DNA of 24,000 bases, taken from NCBI RefSeq assembly GCF_000277795.1, contig NC_018149.1, forward strand, positions 317,160-341,159. The letters are read 5' to 3'. The notes under the pieces were generated by a model. That model made no database searches and was not told the origin of the DNA. It saw nothing but the letters and a program-made list of their open reading frames with translations. The first letter of the stretch is position 1. Each line of letters begins with the position of its first letter. Below are positions 1-10,146 of this stretch, piece after piece. The position numbers were made by a program, and so were the translations under genes. Origin of the DNA: Mycoplasma wenyonii str. Massachusetts (GTDB taxonomy: Bacteria > Bacillota_I > Bacilli_A > Mycoplasmatales > Mycoplasmoidaceae).

Positions 1-2
1 GT

Positions 3-413
3 AAACAAACCAGAAAATGGTCTAGAACTGGCTATCTGTATATAAATTCAACTAACAGTAAAAAGAAAAAGGCTTGGACAAGACTTGATAAAAATGGCAC
101 TGCTGGATTTTTTGTAGTTCACGACTTAAAGTTCATCCGAGAAACACTAAAGGACGATTGAAGATATAGATATGAAAAATATGGGACTATTCTGGGAGGA
201 AAAGAAAGACCAGCCTCTTATTGCAAAGCAAAAAGTAGTAGTAAAGAATGTGGAAAAGTAATTGATATTCCTCTTTCTTCAAACAGAAACTACTATATAT
301 GAGATCCAACTAAGACAAAAATAAAAGGTAAAAAGATGTACACAGAAAGTAATTCAATATTGCCTTGAAAAATAAATTCTGAGTTAACTTTCACTTCAGA
401 ACAGGTTGGTTAA
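3..413 (+). CDS. hypothetical small Cys-containing paralog, C-terminal part (5-prime end outside window)
   Basis: Frame is open from the window edge to TAA 411-413 only if three in-frame TGA are read as Trp. No recognisable family. The C-terminal Cys...Cys...Trp pattern (CKAKSSSKECGKVIDIP...W) resembles neighbouring paralogs. Confidence 0.5.
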
Positions 414-457
414 GGAAAAGAATGTATAATTTAAATCAACTACTCAAATAAAAAGAT

Positions 458-1105
458 ATGGTTTTCCTTCTTAAAGCACTATTAGGAATTGGTGCAGTTG
501 GAGGAGGTGTTGTCGCTCCTATTGCACTTTCTCAACAAACCAACACTGCTATAGAAAGAAAAGAAGGAAGTATCGCACAAGAGCTTGGTTCTACTTTTGG
601 AAAGACAATTTCTAATTTTGGAAATGCTTTATTTGAAGTAAGAGCTAGAGAAGCTTCTCATCAAAAAATTAGTAAGGCTTTAGGTCAAGTTGCTAATTGC
701 AAATTACTTCAAAATCCTGAAAATCCAGAATATTGACTAAATGCTCTTTATGCTTGCAATGAAAATAGCAAAGGAGAAGTGGAATTTAAGTATGTAAGTG
801 CAAGAAATGATTTTGTTTCTAGAGCTGAAGATGGTTTTGTAAAGAAAGTTTCAAGAGTTAATTACGTAGAAGAAGGTGTTGATAGTTCAAAAACTGCTAA
901 GTTGGAATTAACTTTGGAAGATGGATCAAGAAAAGATTGAAAAGTAGCTGTTGGTAGTGGATGAAAGCATTTCAGCAATGTGAATCTAAGTAAGCAATGC
1001 ACAATTAGTTCTAAAGGGGCAGGAGGAAATGATCTTAGATGTGTATTACAAGGATGAGAAGGAAAAGAAAATAGTCACTCTGTTTATCGATTTTCAATCT
1101 TTTAG
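458..1105 (+). CDS. hypothetical membrane-anchored/secreted paralog (215 aa)
   Basis: ATG 458. Track ORF 458..736 continues through in-frame TGA at 734, 938, 962 and 1055 to TAG 1103-1105 (checked codon by codon). N-terminus MVFLLKALLGIGAVGGGVVAPIAL is hydrophobic. Confidence 0.75.
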
Positions 1106-1155
1106 TTAGACTCCTTTTACTTTAGAGTAGGACATAAAGTAACTCAAAATCAAGA

Positions 1156-1710
1156 GTGTCTTTTCTCACTCTCCTAGCTAAAGTTGTTTCTGTAGTTGTA
1201 GTTACAGGAACTGCCATTGCTACTCCTTTAGCTCTGAATGCAAGAAAATCTTCTTCTACAACAACTCAAACTCCTTTAACTTCAACACCAACAACAACAC
1301 CAGTAGTAAATTATGAAGATTTAAGTGTGCAAGGAATGGCAAGTAGAGGTGAGTGTTGAGAAATTCCAATAACTCCTCAAGATTTCCTTAAGTTTTTAGT
1401 TTGCGCTAACCAAGACAAATACTATTTGTATGATTCCAGTAATTCAGATAACAACAAAGCTTTCACAAAAATCAAACAAATATCAGGCCCAACAAATAAA
1501 CAAATAACCATTACTTTAGATGGAGAAGAAGAAACTAAGACTTTGACTCTTTTAAGTGAGCAACTAAAGAACAGCCCAGAAAATCTAGATTTCTATAATA
1601 ACTGTAATACTGGGACAGCAGATCAAGGAATGATACTTTCTTGCAGTACCAACTCTCCAAAATCTTGAAATGGCTTTATTGAATTAACTAATTTTCAATT
1701 AAATAAGTAA
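1156..1710 (+). CDS. hypothetical membrane-anchored/secreted paralog (184 aa) with Ser/Thr/Pro linker
   Basis: GTG 1156. Track ORFs 1156..1359 and 1426..1668 are one frame joined by TGA 1357 and extended past TGA 1666 to TAA 1708-1710. Hydrophobic N-terminus is followed by SSSTTTQTPLTSTPTTTP. Confidence 0.7.
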
Positions 1711-1724
1711 CAGTTAATTAGACC

Positions 1725-2399
1725 CTAAATAATCACTATAGGTTTAAAGCCATTTGCTCACTGTAATTTATTAGTGCCTCCCTGAGTTTCTATTTTTATT
1801 GAATAAACTTTTTGACCCTTACTTGTGTATTTATTTTTTAATTGACCATCAACATCACTTTCTAATTTAAAAGTAACTTTGTTTAATGGAAGTGTTATCA
1901 TTCCATCTTCACTACCAGACAAATCAAAAATTTTACTGTGACAATCTATGTTAGATCCAAATATTTCACTGTCCTCGCCCCCACCAGTTTCTCCTAGTTG
2001 AATTCGAGTTTGCTTTCTTATTTCATAATCGGTCGAAGTTCCTCCTGTGCCTCTTACCGAACCTTGCAAACTCTTGTCGGTGTATTGTGTAGGAACATGA
2101 AGTTTCGTTCCTTTCATTTTTTTAAAATATCCTTGGGCCCGCAATTCAAGCTCGGCATTTTCTTGTATATCACTTACTGAGTCCTTAACAGTTAGATAGA
2201 TTCATAAATCTGAATAAGTTGTTTGACCGTCTCTGTCGTATGGATTATTAAAACAAGAAGATAAATAGAACTTACTGCCAGACTTTATTCTTCATATATT
2301 TGGAGGGTCTCAGTTTGGAGTAGAAAAAGAAGCTCACCCAACTACACTACCAGCCCCAACAATAGAAGTTACAAGAAACTTTGCACCTAAACCTATCAA
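1725..2399 (-). CDS. surface-paralog family member (224 aa) sharing the C-terminal signature of the 14.9-21.4 kb array
   Basis: TTG 2399 is the only start after in-frame TAA 2418-2420. Leader is MIGLGAKFLVTSIVGAGSVVGW. Track ORF 1758..2144 extends both ways through TGA codons. The track stop at 1758 is TGA, and reading on gives ...LQWANGFKPIVII then TAG 1725-1727. Confidence 0.7.
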
Positions 2400-2518
2400 G
2401 TTAAGAGTTTTTGATTGTTAATTCCGCGAAGATCTTTGTCTCCGTCTATATTTCTAAGATTAATATTTTCTTCGCCCAGTACCCCACAACTAAATAAAAA
2501 TATGTTTTCTTAATAACT

Positions 2519-3118
2519 TTAGAAAGCCGTATATATTACTTTAGGTTTTTCATTTGTGTTTCACTTGAGATTGCTATTTTCTTTTAGTTCAATATCACAT
2601 TCAATTCTCCCAATCCCTCTTTTGCAGTTTCCTTTACTTTGTTCAGTAAACATACCATAAATACTGTCCTCATTAATTCAAATATCACCAGTTTCAGTTT
2701 CATTTGCAAGACTCGAAATGATTGATTCGGTGCATTCTAAGCCAACAAAGGAAGTTGTTCCTGAACTTCCTTTTGGTTTCAGATACATCTTTCCAGCTCC
2801 ATCTTTGTTGTATTCGATAAAAAATTTATTTTTCTCTTTACTTAATACCTTTTCCCCTTTTTCCCCTCCAACAATCTTTAAAAGAATTGAATTATCAGAT
2901 TTATCCATGCCCCCTCCCGAGTCACTCAAGTGCAGATAAAAGCCTAGACTTTTCTGAGTTCCATTCTTGCACTTAAGTACAGGAGTTTTTAAACTAAGAT
3001 CTCTTCTTCACATCTTTTTAAAGAAAGTTCCAGTATATGAGAGATAAGATACGGGAGATACAAGTCCTGCAATACTTATTCCAGAAAAAGTCAAAAAAGA
3101 TATTGACTTTAAAAACAT
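2519..3118 (-). CDS. surface-paralog family member (199 aa)
   Basis: ATG 3118. Leader is MFLKSISFLTFSGISIAGLVSPVSYL. Contains track ORF 2678..2929 and extends through TGA codons to TAA 2519-2521 (checked codon by codon). C-terminus RIECDIELKENSNLKWNTNEKPKVIYTAF matches the array signature. Confidence 0.75.
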
Positions 3119-3286
3119 AAAAAAATCAATTAAAGTTTAGATTCTTTTTTGCTTAATTGTGTAAGGATTAAAGTGGTGAAAATGAATATGCACACTTAGT
3201 CTAATTACAAAAAATAAGAATTCTTTTTGAAGAAAATAAAAGACAAGAGTTTAACGGCCTTTCTCCTTTCTCCAAAAGAGTAAGAA

Positions 3287-3814
3287 ATGTTATATAAGTT
3301 GATGATGATAGGAAGTATGGCCTCTCTTGGACCTTGAGGTGGAAGCATTGCTTACTTTATTGGCCCCCCCCTCTGGATTAGGGATATTGCTCAATTAAAA
3401 GCAACAAGAGATTGCTATGTCGCGCTTGACGCTAGAGTTACTAACAATAAGTTGCTCGCTTGCGGTTGAAAATCGGATAATTCAACACTTCACTTCTATT
3501 TGTATTCCGCTACCCCCAGTACATCAATTTCTTTGGTGAAAACTTTGGAAGTTAAACCTATAGATGAAGATCTAAGAAACTCAGAAAGGGATTTTTCTGT
3601 CAAATTCTTATTTGGTGGTCGTGCCGCTTTGAAAGTAAATAGATGAACTCTGGAAAGTAATCCATGAGTAAAAGAAGGAGGAAAGATTTTTGATCTAACT
3701 GGTTTCTGCAAAACAACCAAACTTTCTACTTTTCAGGGTTCACAAGCAAAATCTTTGGTTTGTGTTTGAGGAGAACAGAGCGGTCAACAAGAAACTTGAC
3801 CTGCACTTACTTAA
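3287..3814 (+). CDS. poly-C-containing paralog, in frame (phase ON), 175 aa
   Basis: ATG 3287. Leader is MLYKLMMIGSMASLGPWGGSIAYFIG. The C8 tract 3364-3371 is read as Gly-Pro-Pro-Leu, and the frame stays open through six TGA-Trp codons to TAA 3812-3814. Confidence 0.65.
3364..3371 (+). repeat. C8 homopolymer inside CDS 3287..3814 (codon 26-29)
   Basis: Counted directly: tggCCCCCCCCtctgg. Confidence 0.9.
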
Positions 3815-3867
3815 ACAAGCAGTACATTTGATAAATAGATCTAGAATAATTAATCTTTAAATAACCT

Positions 3868-4555
3868 GTGGCAACTATAGCTTATATGCTCTTTGGTAGC
3901 GCAGCCGCTATGGTACCTACTGTGAGTAGTATGTCCTACTTCGTTGCCCCCCCCCTTGGTTCAAAATCTTCACAGAACTCTTTCTAAGACAACTACCAAT
4001 TTAAGTAAAGAAGGTATACAGTGTTTTCAGGTTATTTCAGGAAATGAGGTTGAGAAGGAAGATGAAGCCTCTAACACGCAACGATCGAGAGGAACCTCGG
4101 CATATGTACTGACTTGTTTAAAAAAACAATCAAGTAGTACAGTAGGACAGAGTGTAGCGATTGAAGATGATTTTGATTTTTACTACTACAACTCTAAAGA
4201 ATTTAGTGATCATATCTTCCCCATCAGCACAGTGCAAATGAGTGTTTATGGGGATGGAGTAATAACTATTAAGTTATTTTGAAAAAACTTTGGTTTTTTC
4301 GAAAACAGAGTCACCATGAGAGGGAATAGAGATATTGAGAAAATTCCTTGAGTTAATAAGGAAGGAGAAGAAGTCCCTTTTGCAACTTTCTTGCTAAAAG
4401 ATAAAAATGAAAAATTTTGTCAAAAAACTGAATTAACAAGTTGAAATTTAGGTGCTTATGGTAATCAATCACACATACAGTGTTCTTTGGGAGAAGGGCA
4501 GCCGCCTCTTATATGACGTGAATTTAAATTTACTAACCAAGCCTCAAGACAGTAA
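3868..4555 (+). pseudogene. poly-C-containing paralog of 3287..3814, leader out of frame with body (phase OFF)
   Basis: GTG 3868 or ATG 3886 gives the leader ...AAAMVPTVSSMSYFVAPP. C9 tract lies at 3947-3955. The leader frame stops at TAA 3985-3987. The next frame (track ORF 3944..4282) stays open through TGA codons to TAA 4553-4555. C8 or C11 would fuse them. Confidence 0.6.
3947..3955 (+). repeat. C9 homopolymer at the leader/body junction of 3868..4555
   Basis: Counted directly: gttgCCCCCCCCCttgg. Confidence 0.9.
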
Positions 4556-4767
4556 AAACTTATTGTTTTTTCAGGGGACATTCAAAACCCTCAATAAACG
4601 CCACAAAAACTAGTAACTTAGGTTAACTCTCTTACAAAGTACTTTTCCAAGTGATATAAATCAATAATCAAAGAGAATTATTAAATAGAGTTTTTAATAT
4701 TTACCAAAAGCTTGATTATCAACAACAATTAATTTGTAAGAATAATATGGAGTCACTTAGTTAAATA

Positions 4768-5152
4768 ATGTTTTCCATCTTTCTTACAAAATCTTGTTTT
4801 GGTGCGTTAACAGTCGGAACGACAATAGCTTTACCAATACTTCTCACTCAGGGGGTATCGGGGGGGGGCTGTTGTATCTCAAAACTCTTTAGAACAAGCC
4901 GCCTCTCAATCTAGACTACAGACCACAAGAAACACTAATCAAGTAGAAAGAGAGGCCACCCCAAAAGAACAAATAGAAAAAGATTTAGCATTTGATGAGT
5001 GTCAAAGAGAAAATCTTAAGTTTCTAATTAATGATGGCAACGGTGGAACTGAGTGGGTAAATAGTAAAGAATATAGCCCTTCTAAATATGGATCTTTCTT
5101 GGAGTTTTCTTATGATGAAAACCTGTGTAGCAGAGAAGTTACTAAAAAATAA
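4768..5152 (+). pseudogene. poly-G-containing small paralog, leader out of frame with body (phase OFF)
   Basis: ATG 4768. Leader is MFSIFLTKSCFGALTVGTTIALPILLTQGVS. The G tract starts at 4860 and spans a line break, so I count 9-10 G. The leader frame stops within about 55 nt after the tract. A different frame is open towards TAA 5150-5152 (...DLAFDECQRENLKFLINDGNGGTEWVNSKEY...). My base count here is uncertain by 1 nt. Confidence 0.45.
4860..4869 (+). repeat. G9-G10 homopolymer at the leader/body junction of 4768..5152
   Basis: tatcGGGGGGGGGGctg across the 4860/4861 line break. Exact length is uncertain by one. Confidence 0.8.
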
Positions 5153-5722
5153 GTGCTAGTAACCACTTTAGCTAAATTAGGTGCTGGTATTTTAGTGGCT
5201 GGAGCGGCATCTACTGTTGTGGCTGTCCCAACAATTTTATCTACTTCAAGCACATCTGAAACAATTAAGTATTCTTCTATAAGCGATTACGAAAAATTCT
5301 GTAGAGAGTTTCAACAAGAGTTGACTGCCATTGACTCTGATGGCGTCTCAAGAGAGGGAGAAGGCGCAAAAGCAAAATTAATTGTTTGTCCGGTTGATAA
5401 GAATTCAAGCCAAGCTGTGTTTTATCTATATGACTTAAAAGAAATACCTCATAAGGAAGTAGATGAGCTTGTTTATTCCATAGATTCCGCGGGAAAAGTT
5501 ACATTCACTCTCTTTAATAACAACACTCAAAAAACAAAGGAAACTTATAGAGCATATCTAGCAACTTGAAATAATTACAGTGGATTTAGCTTGAAACAAA
5601 ATTGTCAAGTTGAATGAGGTAATGTAGAAGACGGAGAAAGCAAAGAAATTACTTGTAAGACTTCCTCTAAAAATTCAAATCCAAAAGCATTCTTAAGAGT
5701 TTTAAATAATTCAAAAAAATAA
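5153..5722 (+). CDS. hypothetical membrane-anchored/secreted paralog (189 aa)
   Basis: GTG 5153 directly follows the preceding TAA. Track ORF 5153..5569 extends through two TGA codons to TAA 5720-5722. Leader is MLVTTLAKLGAGILVAGAASTVVAVPTIL. Confidence 0.7.
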
Positions 5723-5770
5723 CGAACCTTTAAGACTTCTTTTAACTAATTAAGTTCCTAGAATAACTAA

Positions 5771-6469
5771 CTATTTACTGAAACCTTTTTGTCAAGCGGT
5801 TAAAGGAATCCCCTTGGTCTCATCAGCAGAAGAATCATTTCCGCAAGTGAGTACATATTTTGAAGTATCAGAGCCCACTTGAAAGACTGCACATTCCCTC
5901 GGAGTTAATAAATTTATCGAATCATTTGAAATTCCACCCCATTCATCCCCAGTAGCTGTAAAGGTATATTCAGATGAGTAATCAGATTTTTGAGTTAAGC
6001 TGGCAGTAAGCTGTTTAGCTGTCGGATTTCACAAAAGACTTTTATCTATCTCTACAGGATTACTTGGTTTGCTTTTGTCATATATATGAAAGATACTGTC
6101 ATATTCCTCTTCATTAGAGTCAGCATCTTCTCTAATTTTTTTGTCTTCATAGCAAGTTAATAATTCAACACCATCACTGGATCTCGCAGGAATAATAAAG
6201 CACTTTTTATCAAAACTTTCAGTTACTACTACAGAAGGATTAGAGGTTTCACCTGTCAATGAAGAAGATCGACTTAAAGTTTCTTCAGTAGCTTGCACTC
6301 TTTGAACCCCTGCACCCTCTCTCTCAGAACCAGTATCAGAAACAACATTACTTGTAACTGGCTCAGAAGAAACCCCAGAACTTCTCTTCAGAAGAATTGG
6401 AGTAGCTACAGAAACTCCAGTAACTGTCGCAACCACCCCAACTTTTAAAGCCAGAATACCTACAGACAT
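5771..6469 (-). CDS. hypothetical membrane-anchored/secreted paralog (232 aa)
   Basis: ATG 6469. Track ORF 6029..6469 extends through TGA 6029-6031 and 5792-5794 to TAG 5771-5773 (checked codon by codon). Leader is MSVGILALKVGVVATVTGVSVATPILL. Confidence 0.75.
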
Positions 6470-6574
6470 TATGGAAACTACTTATTAAATATATCTATTT
6501 AAGAATAAACGAGAGAGAAAGGGAAAGAAATGTAGATTAATTGATAAGGAAATTTAGAAAGATTAAAGTAGTTG

Positions 6575-7671
6575 TTACTTAATTAGGCTGATAGTGTAGG
6601 GAAGAGAGAAGCTCACATTTCAAGGTAGTTTGTGACCTTCTTTAGTCTTTAATGTCCCCTCTTTTATCTCTGTATAGCTAGGATCTCAGAGATAGTATTG
6701 TCTGTTCTTGTTTAGAGGGACTTTTGATTCCTTGCCTTGATTGGTCGCCCCTAACTCTATTAAGCTTTTGAAATTTTTACCTTTGTTTGCCATCTCTTCT
6801 CACTTACTCTTTAACGTTCCATTCATAAACATAAAATCATGAACTACCACATAAGGTCTGTTGTCACTTCTGGGTTTCCCAGTGTAAAGATTTTCATGTT
6901 TGCTTGTTTTACTATTTCACACTTTTATTGGAGCACTTCTCGATAATTTGGTTACATTTTTGCCATCATTTATTTGTCTTTTTCCGAAAGTAGCAGTTAA
7001 TGTCAGACCTCTTTCAAAACCTAAAACTGCAACTCGTTTATCTTCTTTGTTTTTTAATTCAGTTTCAATAAGGCCCGGTTGATTCTCTAAAGATTCAAAC
7101 TCCTTAAAAAAAACTTTATCGTCACAGTAACCATTTTGTATTGTGGTTGGACCATGATCGTCTGTGCATTTAGCTTTTATTCCCCTATGCTTATCTTTCA
7201 CTAAAGAAACTAGACCTGTAACTTCAACATCTTTAGTGTTTACATTGACTCCCATTAAAAGGAATTTTTTGGGAGTTAAACCATTACGTGATTGCGTATC
7301 AGTCTCTTTTGAAAATTGTCTATCTCCCACTTGTTCAACTAATCTAAGCTCTCCTTCTGCATCTTTTAAGTTTCTCTTTACTCTCTTGCTTTTTTCTGTG
7401 TGATCGAAGTAGTTTGTTTCTTTCGCTCTTGCTACATAACCATATGAATAATTAGTTGGTTTGTCAAATGCATTGGATAATCATCTGGAATTGAAAACTG
7501 GAGAAATGTAACCTGTTTGTCAGTTAGTCCCTACTTCGTTATTTGTTACTTCTATTAATCTATCTGACTGCCCCCCCCGAGCGTTAAGTAATTAGAACTA
7601 AATAAGAAAGAAGGGCCGCCTAGACTACCTAAAGTAATTAATCCTTTACCTAAAGTTAGAGCTCTGAACAA
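6575..7671 (-). pseudogene. poly-G-containing larger paralog (about 365 aa if fused), leader out of frame with body (phase OFF)
   Basis: TTG 7671 gives the leader MFRALTLGKGLITLGSLGGPSFLFSSNYLTL. G8 on the coding strand is C8 at 7571-7578. The leader frame stops at 7555-7557. The body frame (contains track ORF 6917..7330) is open from 7593 down through TGA codons to TAA 6575-6577. G9 or G6 would fuse them. Confidence 0.55.
7571..7578 (-). repeat. G8 homopolymer (C8 on plus strand) at the leader/body junction of 6575..7671
   Basis: Counted directly: gactgCCCCCCCCgagc. Confidence 0.9.
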
Positions 7672-7881
7672 CCCTTAGAAAGGAAAATAATCTGTGATAA
7701 TTTCTAAGGATTTTAAGTGTATATAGGTGAAAAAACTAAATAAGTGAAGAAAAGAAAGTTAAATAACAAACATTAATTATTTGAGTTTTTCAAACTTTCC
7801 AATCTCTATCTCGAGATTGAATTAGAAGTAATTAGCTTATTTAGAAGAATTGGAAAAGTTACAGATACTGGAAATATCTAT

Positions 7882-8445
7882 CTAAGGATCAAAAAGATAG
7901 CAAGGAAAAGAAACTATTCACACATCTCTTTCAATCCCTTTTTCATCTTTGAGTTTCTTAGCAGTTTTCTTAAGATATATTTCTTCTCTGCCGTAGATCT
8001 CTAACATTTCTTTAGTAATTACTCCAGTTTTTCTTGTATCTTCATATGGATATCAAAATTCTTCTATTAAGTCTCATCCAGCTAGTATATCTTTGATTCA
8101 ATTGCCTATCACGATTTCATTTGTAAAAGTATTTAGCCACTTAACTTTCTTTCCTCTTCCTGAAAAGCAAGCTTTTTCTAATCGTCCTTCACCAGCAACT
8201 AAATAAAACCAATTTTTTCTAGAGGGCAAATTTTTTTCTCCCTCTATGGTAAATTTCACTTCCCATCAACTTTGTTTTTTTCCAGTCTTTTCATTAATGA
8301 TTGGTTTGCTGTAACAAGCATTTAGAGGTGAGAAGGATAAATCTAAATTAGCGTTGTCAGCCATTTCTTGTTCTGTTGGGACAACTAAAGGAATAGTAAT
8401 AGTTCTTAAAATCTCAGATTTTTCTAGTTCCTCAAGATTTATCAT
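7882..8445 (-). CDS. hypothetical protein (187 aa), probable C-terminal half of a split PLD-family nuclease
   Basis: ATG 8445 lies 2 nt after the stop of the upstream gene, in a different frame. Open through five TGA-Trp codons (8268, 8100, 8076, 8055, 7920) to TAG 7882-7884 (checked codon by codon). Absent from the standard-code track. Confidence 0.55.
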
Positions 8446-8447
8446 CT

Positions 8448-9095
8448 CTAGTAATTTTTTGTGTAGGTAATTTTAGTTTTTGTAACTTTCTTTCCCTCTC
8501 GGTTCATTTCCTCGATGGTGTTGACAATTTTATATCTCTCTAAAAAAGATACAGTTTTTGATAACCTATCTGACTGCAGCTGTTTTATGTGGTTTTTATG
8601 ATTTCTTAGTAAACGGGGCTCTTTAGTTAGTTGCCCAATTTCATATTGTCTAGGTTTTTTCATTTTCTTTGTAATTAAAAAACTTAAGTTAGCTGAACCT
8701 ATTATTGAAGAAAAGATTTTCCCATCTTTATAAAAACAATAAAGTTTTCCGTGATGTGGAAAAAAATCCACCAGCCTTATTTCCCCCAACCCCATCTTTT
8801 GTCACTTTGTGTGAATTTGTATAACCAATGTATACAGCGATTTTCGGAATCCAATAAAGAAGTACACTCCCAGAATTAAACAAATACTTTTAATATCCCC
8901 GGACTCTACTCATTCATTTATTTCTGTGATGGAATCTCCGGAACAATAAGCAACAAATATTTCAACCCTATCTGCTTTTTTGATCTCTTCTTTAAAGCAA
9001 TCATTGACTGTCTTTTCTCCTTTTTCAGGAAGTAAAGGAGGAATTTGTGTGACAAGAAAATTCTCTTCCAACTCTTCTCCTTTTCCCAATCTCAT
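8448..9095 (-). CDS. PLD/HKD-superfamily nuclease domain protein (215 aa), NgoFVII/BfiI-like catalytic domain
   Basis: Track ORFs 8910..9095 and 8448..8795 are one frame joined through TGA 8910-8912 and 8802-8804. It carries a single HKD-like motif HHGKLYCFYKDGKIFSSIIGSANLS (H-x-K ... G-S-x-N). True stop is TAG 8448-8450. Confidence 0.6.
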
Positions 9096-9155
9096 AAATT
9101 AATAACTTTCTCACCCCTTTTATTAGTGAAAAATGGAAAAAAGATGAATTTTTAG

Positions 9156-10091
9156 TTATTCCCTCAACTTAGTAAAGACTCATAACTTAGAACTTCTAGA
9201 GGCTCAGTTAAGTTCTATTTCCTCTCTACTAGGAAGAATTGGAGAGTCTGGATGTAATTGAAATAAGGGAGGGATAGTCTCCCCTAAGTCAGGAATCTTA
9301 ATTGGATAAGAATACTTTCTCTTTCAGTCTTCTATCAGTTCATCCTCTAGAGATTGAAAGGTAATAATGAGGAGTTTTCCACCTACCTCTAGAATATCCT
9401 TTACTTTTTCTAGAGTTTGCTTTAAGTTATCTAACTCATTATTAGCTTCTATTCTCAAAGCTTGAAAGAGTAACTTAATTTGGTTCTTGTTATATCTAGT
9501 TTTCTGAAAGAGCCTGTTATTAGTAATAATTGCCTTTAATTGTTCGATATTAGTAATAGGCTCTTTCTTTCTCTCTTTGAGTATTGCTTGAGCTAAATCT
9601 TTAGATTCTCTGAGATTCCCGTAGTGTTTGAATATTCAGTTGAGTTTGTGTTCTGGATATTCATTTAGTATTTCATAGACACTCTTTCCATCTAGACCAT
9701 ATCTGAGCTCTAAAGAAGAGGAGGTGGAATTATAGCTAAAAGATCTACTAGGATCTTGTAGTTGTGCAGTTGAAAATCCTAGATCTAAGAGTATTCCAGA
9801 GACTTTAGGAAGTTTATTTTTTACTCAATAACTATACAGAGAGCTGTAGTTAATATTCTCAAACTTGAATCTAGAGTCTCTCCCTTCTAGTTCTGAACCG
9901 CATTCAACACAACTAGGATCTATATCAATTCCTAGTAAAGAGCCTTTAGAGTCAAGTAATTCCAATAAAGCCTTTGAGTGACCTCCTTGCCCAAAAGTAC
10001 AGTCTATATAGAACCCTGACTTAGAACTTACTCAGTGAGTTAAAACCTCTTCCTTTAAGACAGGAAAGTGAACAACCTCCTTTTCAGTCAA
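9156..10091 (-). CDS. rsmH: 16S rRNA (cytosine1402-N4)-methyltransferase RsmH
   Basis: TTG 10091 to TAA 9156-9158, 311 codons. Motifs include VVHFPVLKEEVL, SAM-binding IDCTFGQGGHS, LLGIDIDP and LLDLGFSTAQL. Many TGA-Trp codons make it invisible in the track. It lies directly downstream of mraZ. Confidence 0.85.
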
Positions 10092-10146
10092 TCTCTCTAA
10101 GGTAGTCTCATTCCCACTCCTGAAGGAGTAGGAAATAAAGACTTAA

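Noticed and set aside
1998-2180. Track ORFs lying antisense to or out of frame with the genes called above. They are 1998..2180+, 2718..2939+, 3496..3720-, 6900..7082+, 7164..7403+, 16423..16629-, 17679..17891-, 18823..19005-, 18953..19141-, 19514..19789-, 21121..21309-, 22019..22237-, 22482..22676- and 23537..23746-.
   Set aside because: Each lies entirely inside a longer, better-supported code-4 gene on the other strand or in another frame (or, for 21121..21309- and similar, opposite an array copy). Their sequences are low-complexity Leu/Ser/Phe-rich, typical of shadow ORFs in AT-rich DNA, and none has a recognisable motif.
2907-2918. Imperfect C-rich stretch (CCCCCTCCC; GGGAGGGGG on the coding strand, SGGGM) inside gene 2519..3118.
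   Set aside because: The longest uninterrupted run is 5 nt, and it lies at about codon 67 rather than at the leader junction. It may be a relic of a tract, but it is not a plausible slippage switch.
7800-7819. Inverted repeat CAATCTC-TATCTC-GAGATTG downstream of the minus-strand gene 7882..8445, a possible terminator.
   Set aside because: The stem is only 7 bp and AT-rich, and no U-tract follows on the minus-strand transcript. That is not enough for a rho-independent terminator call.
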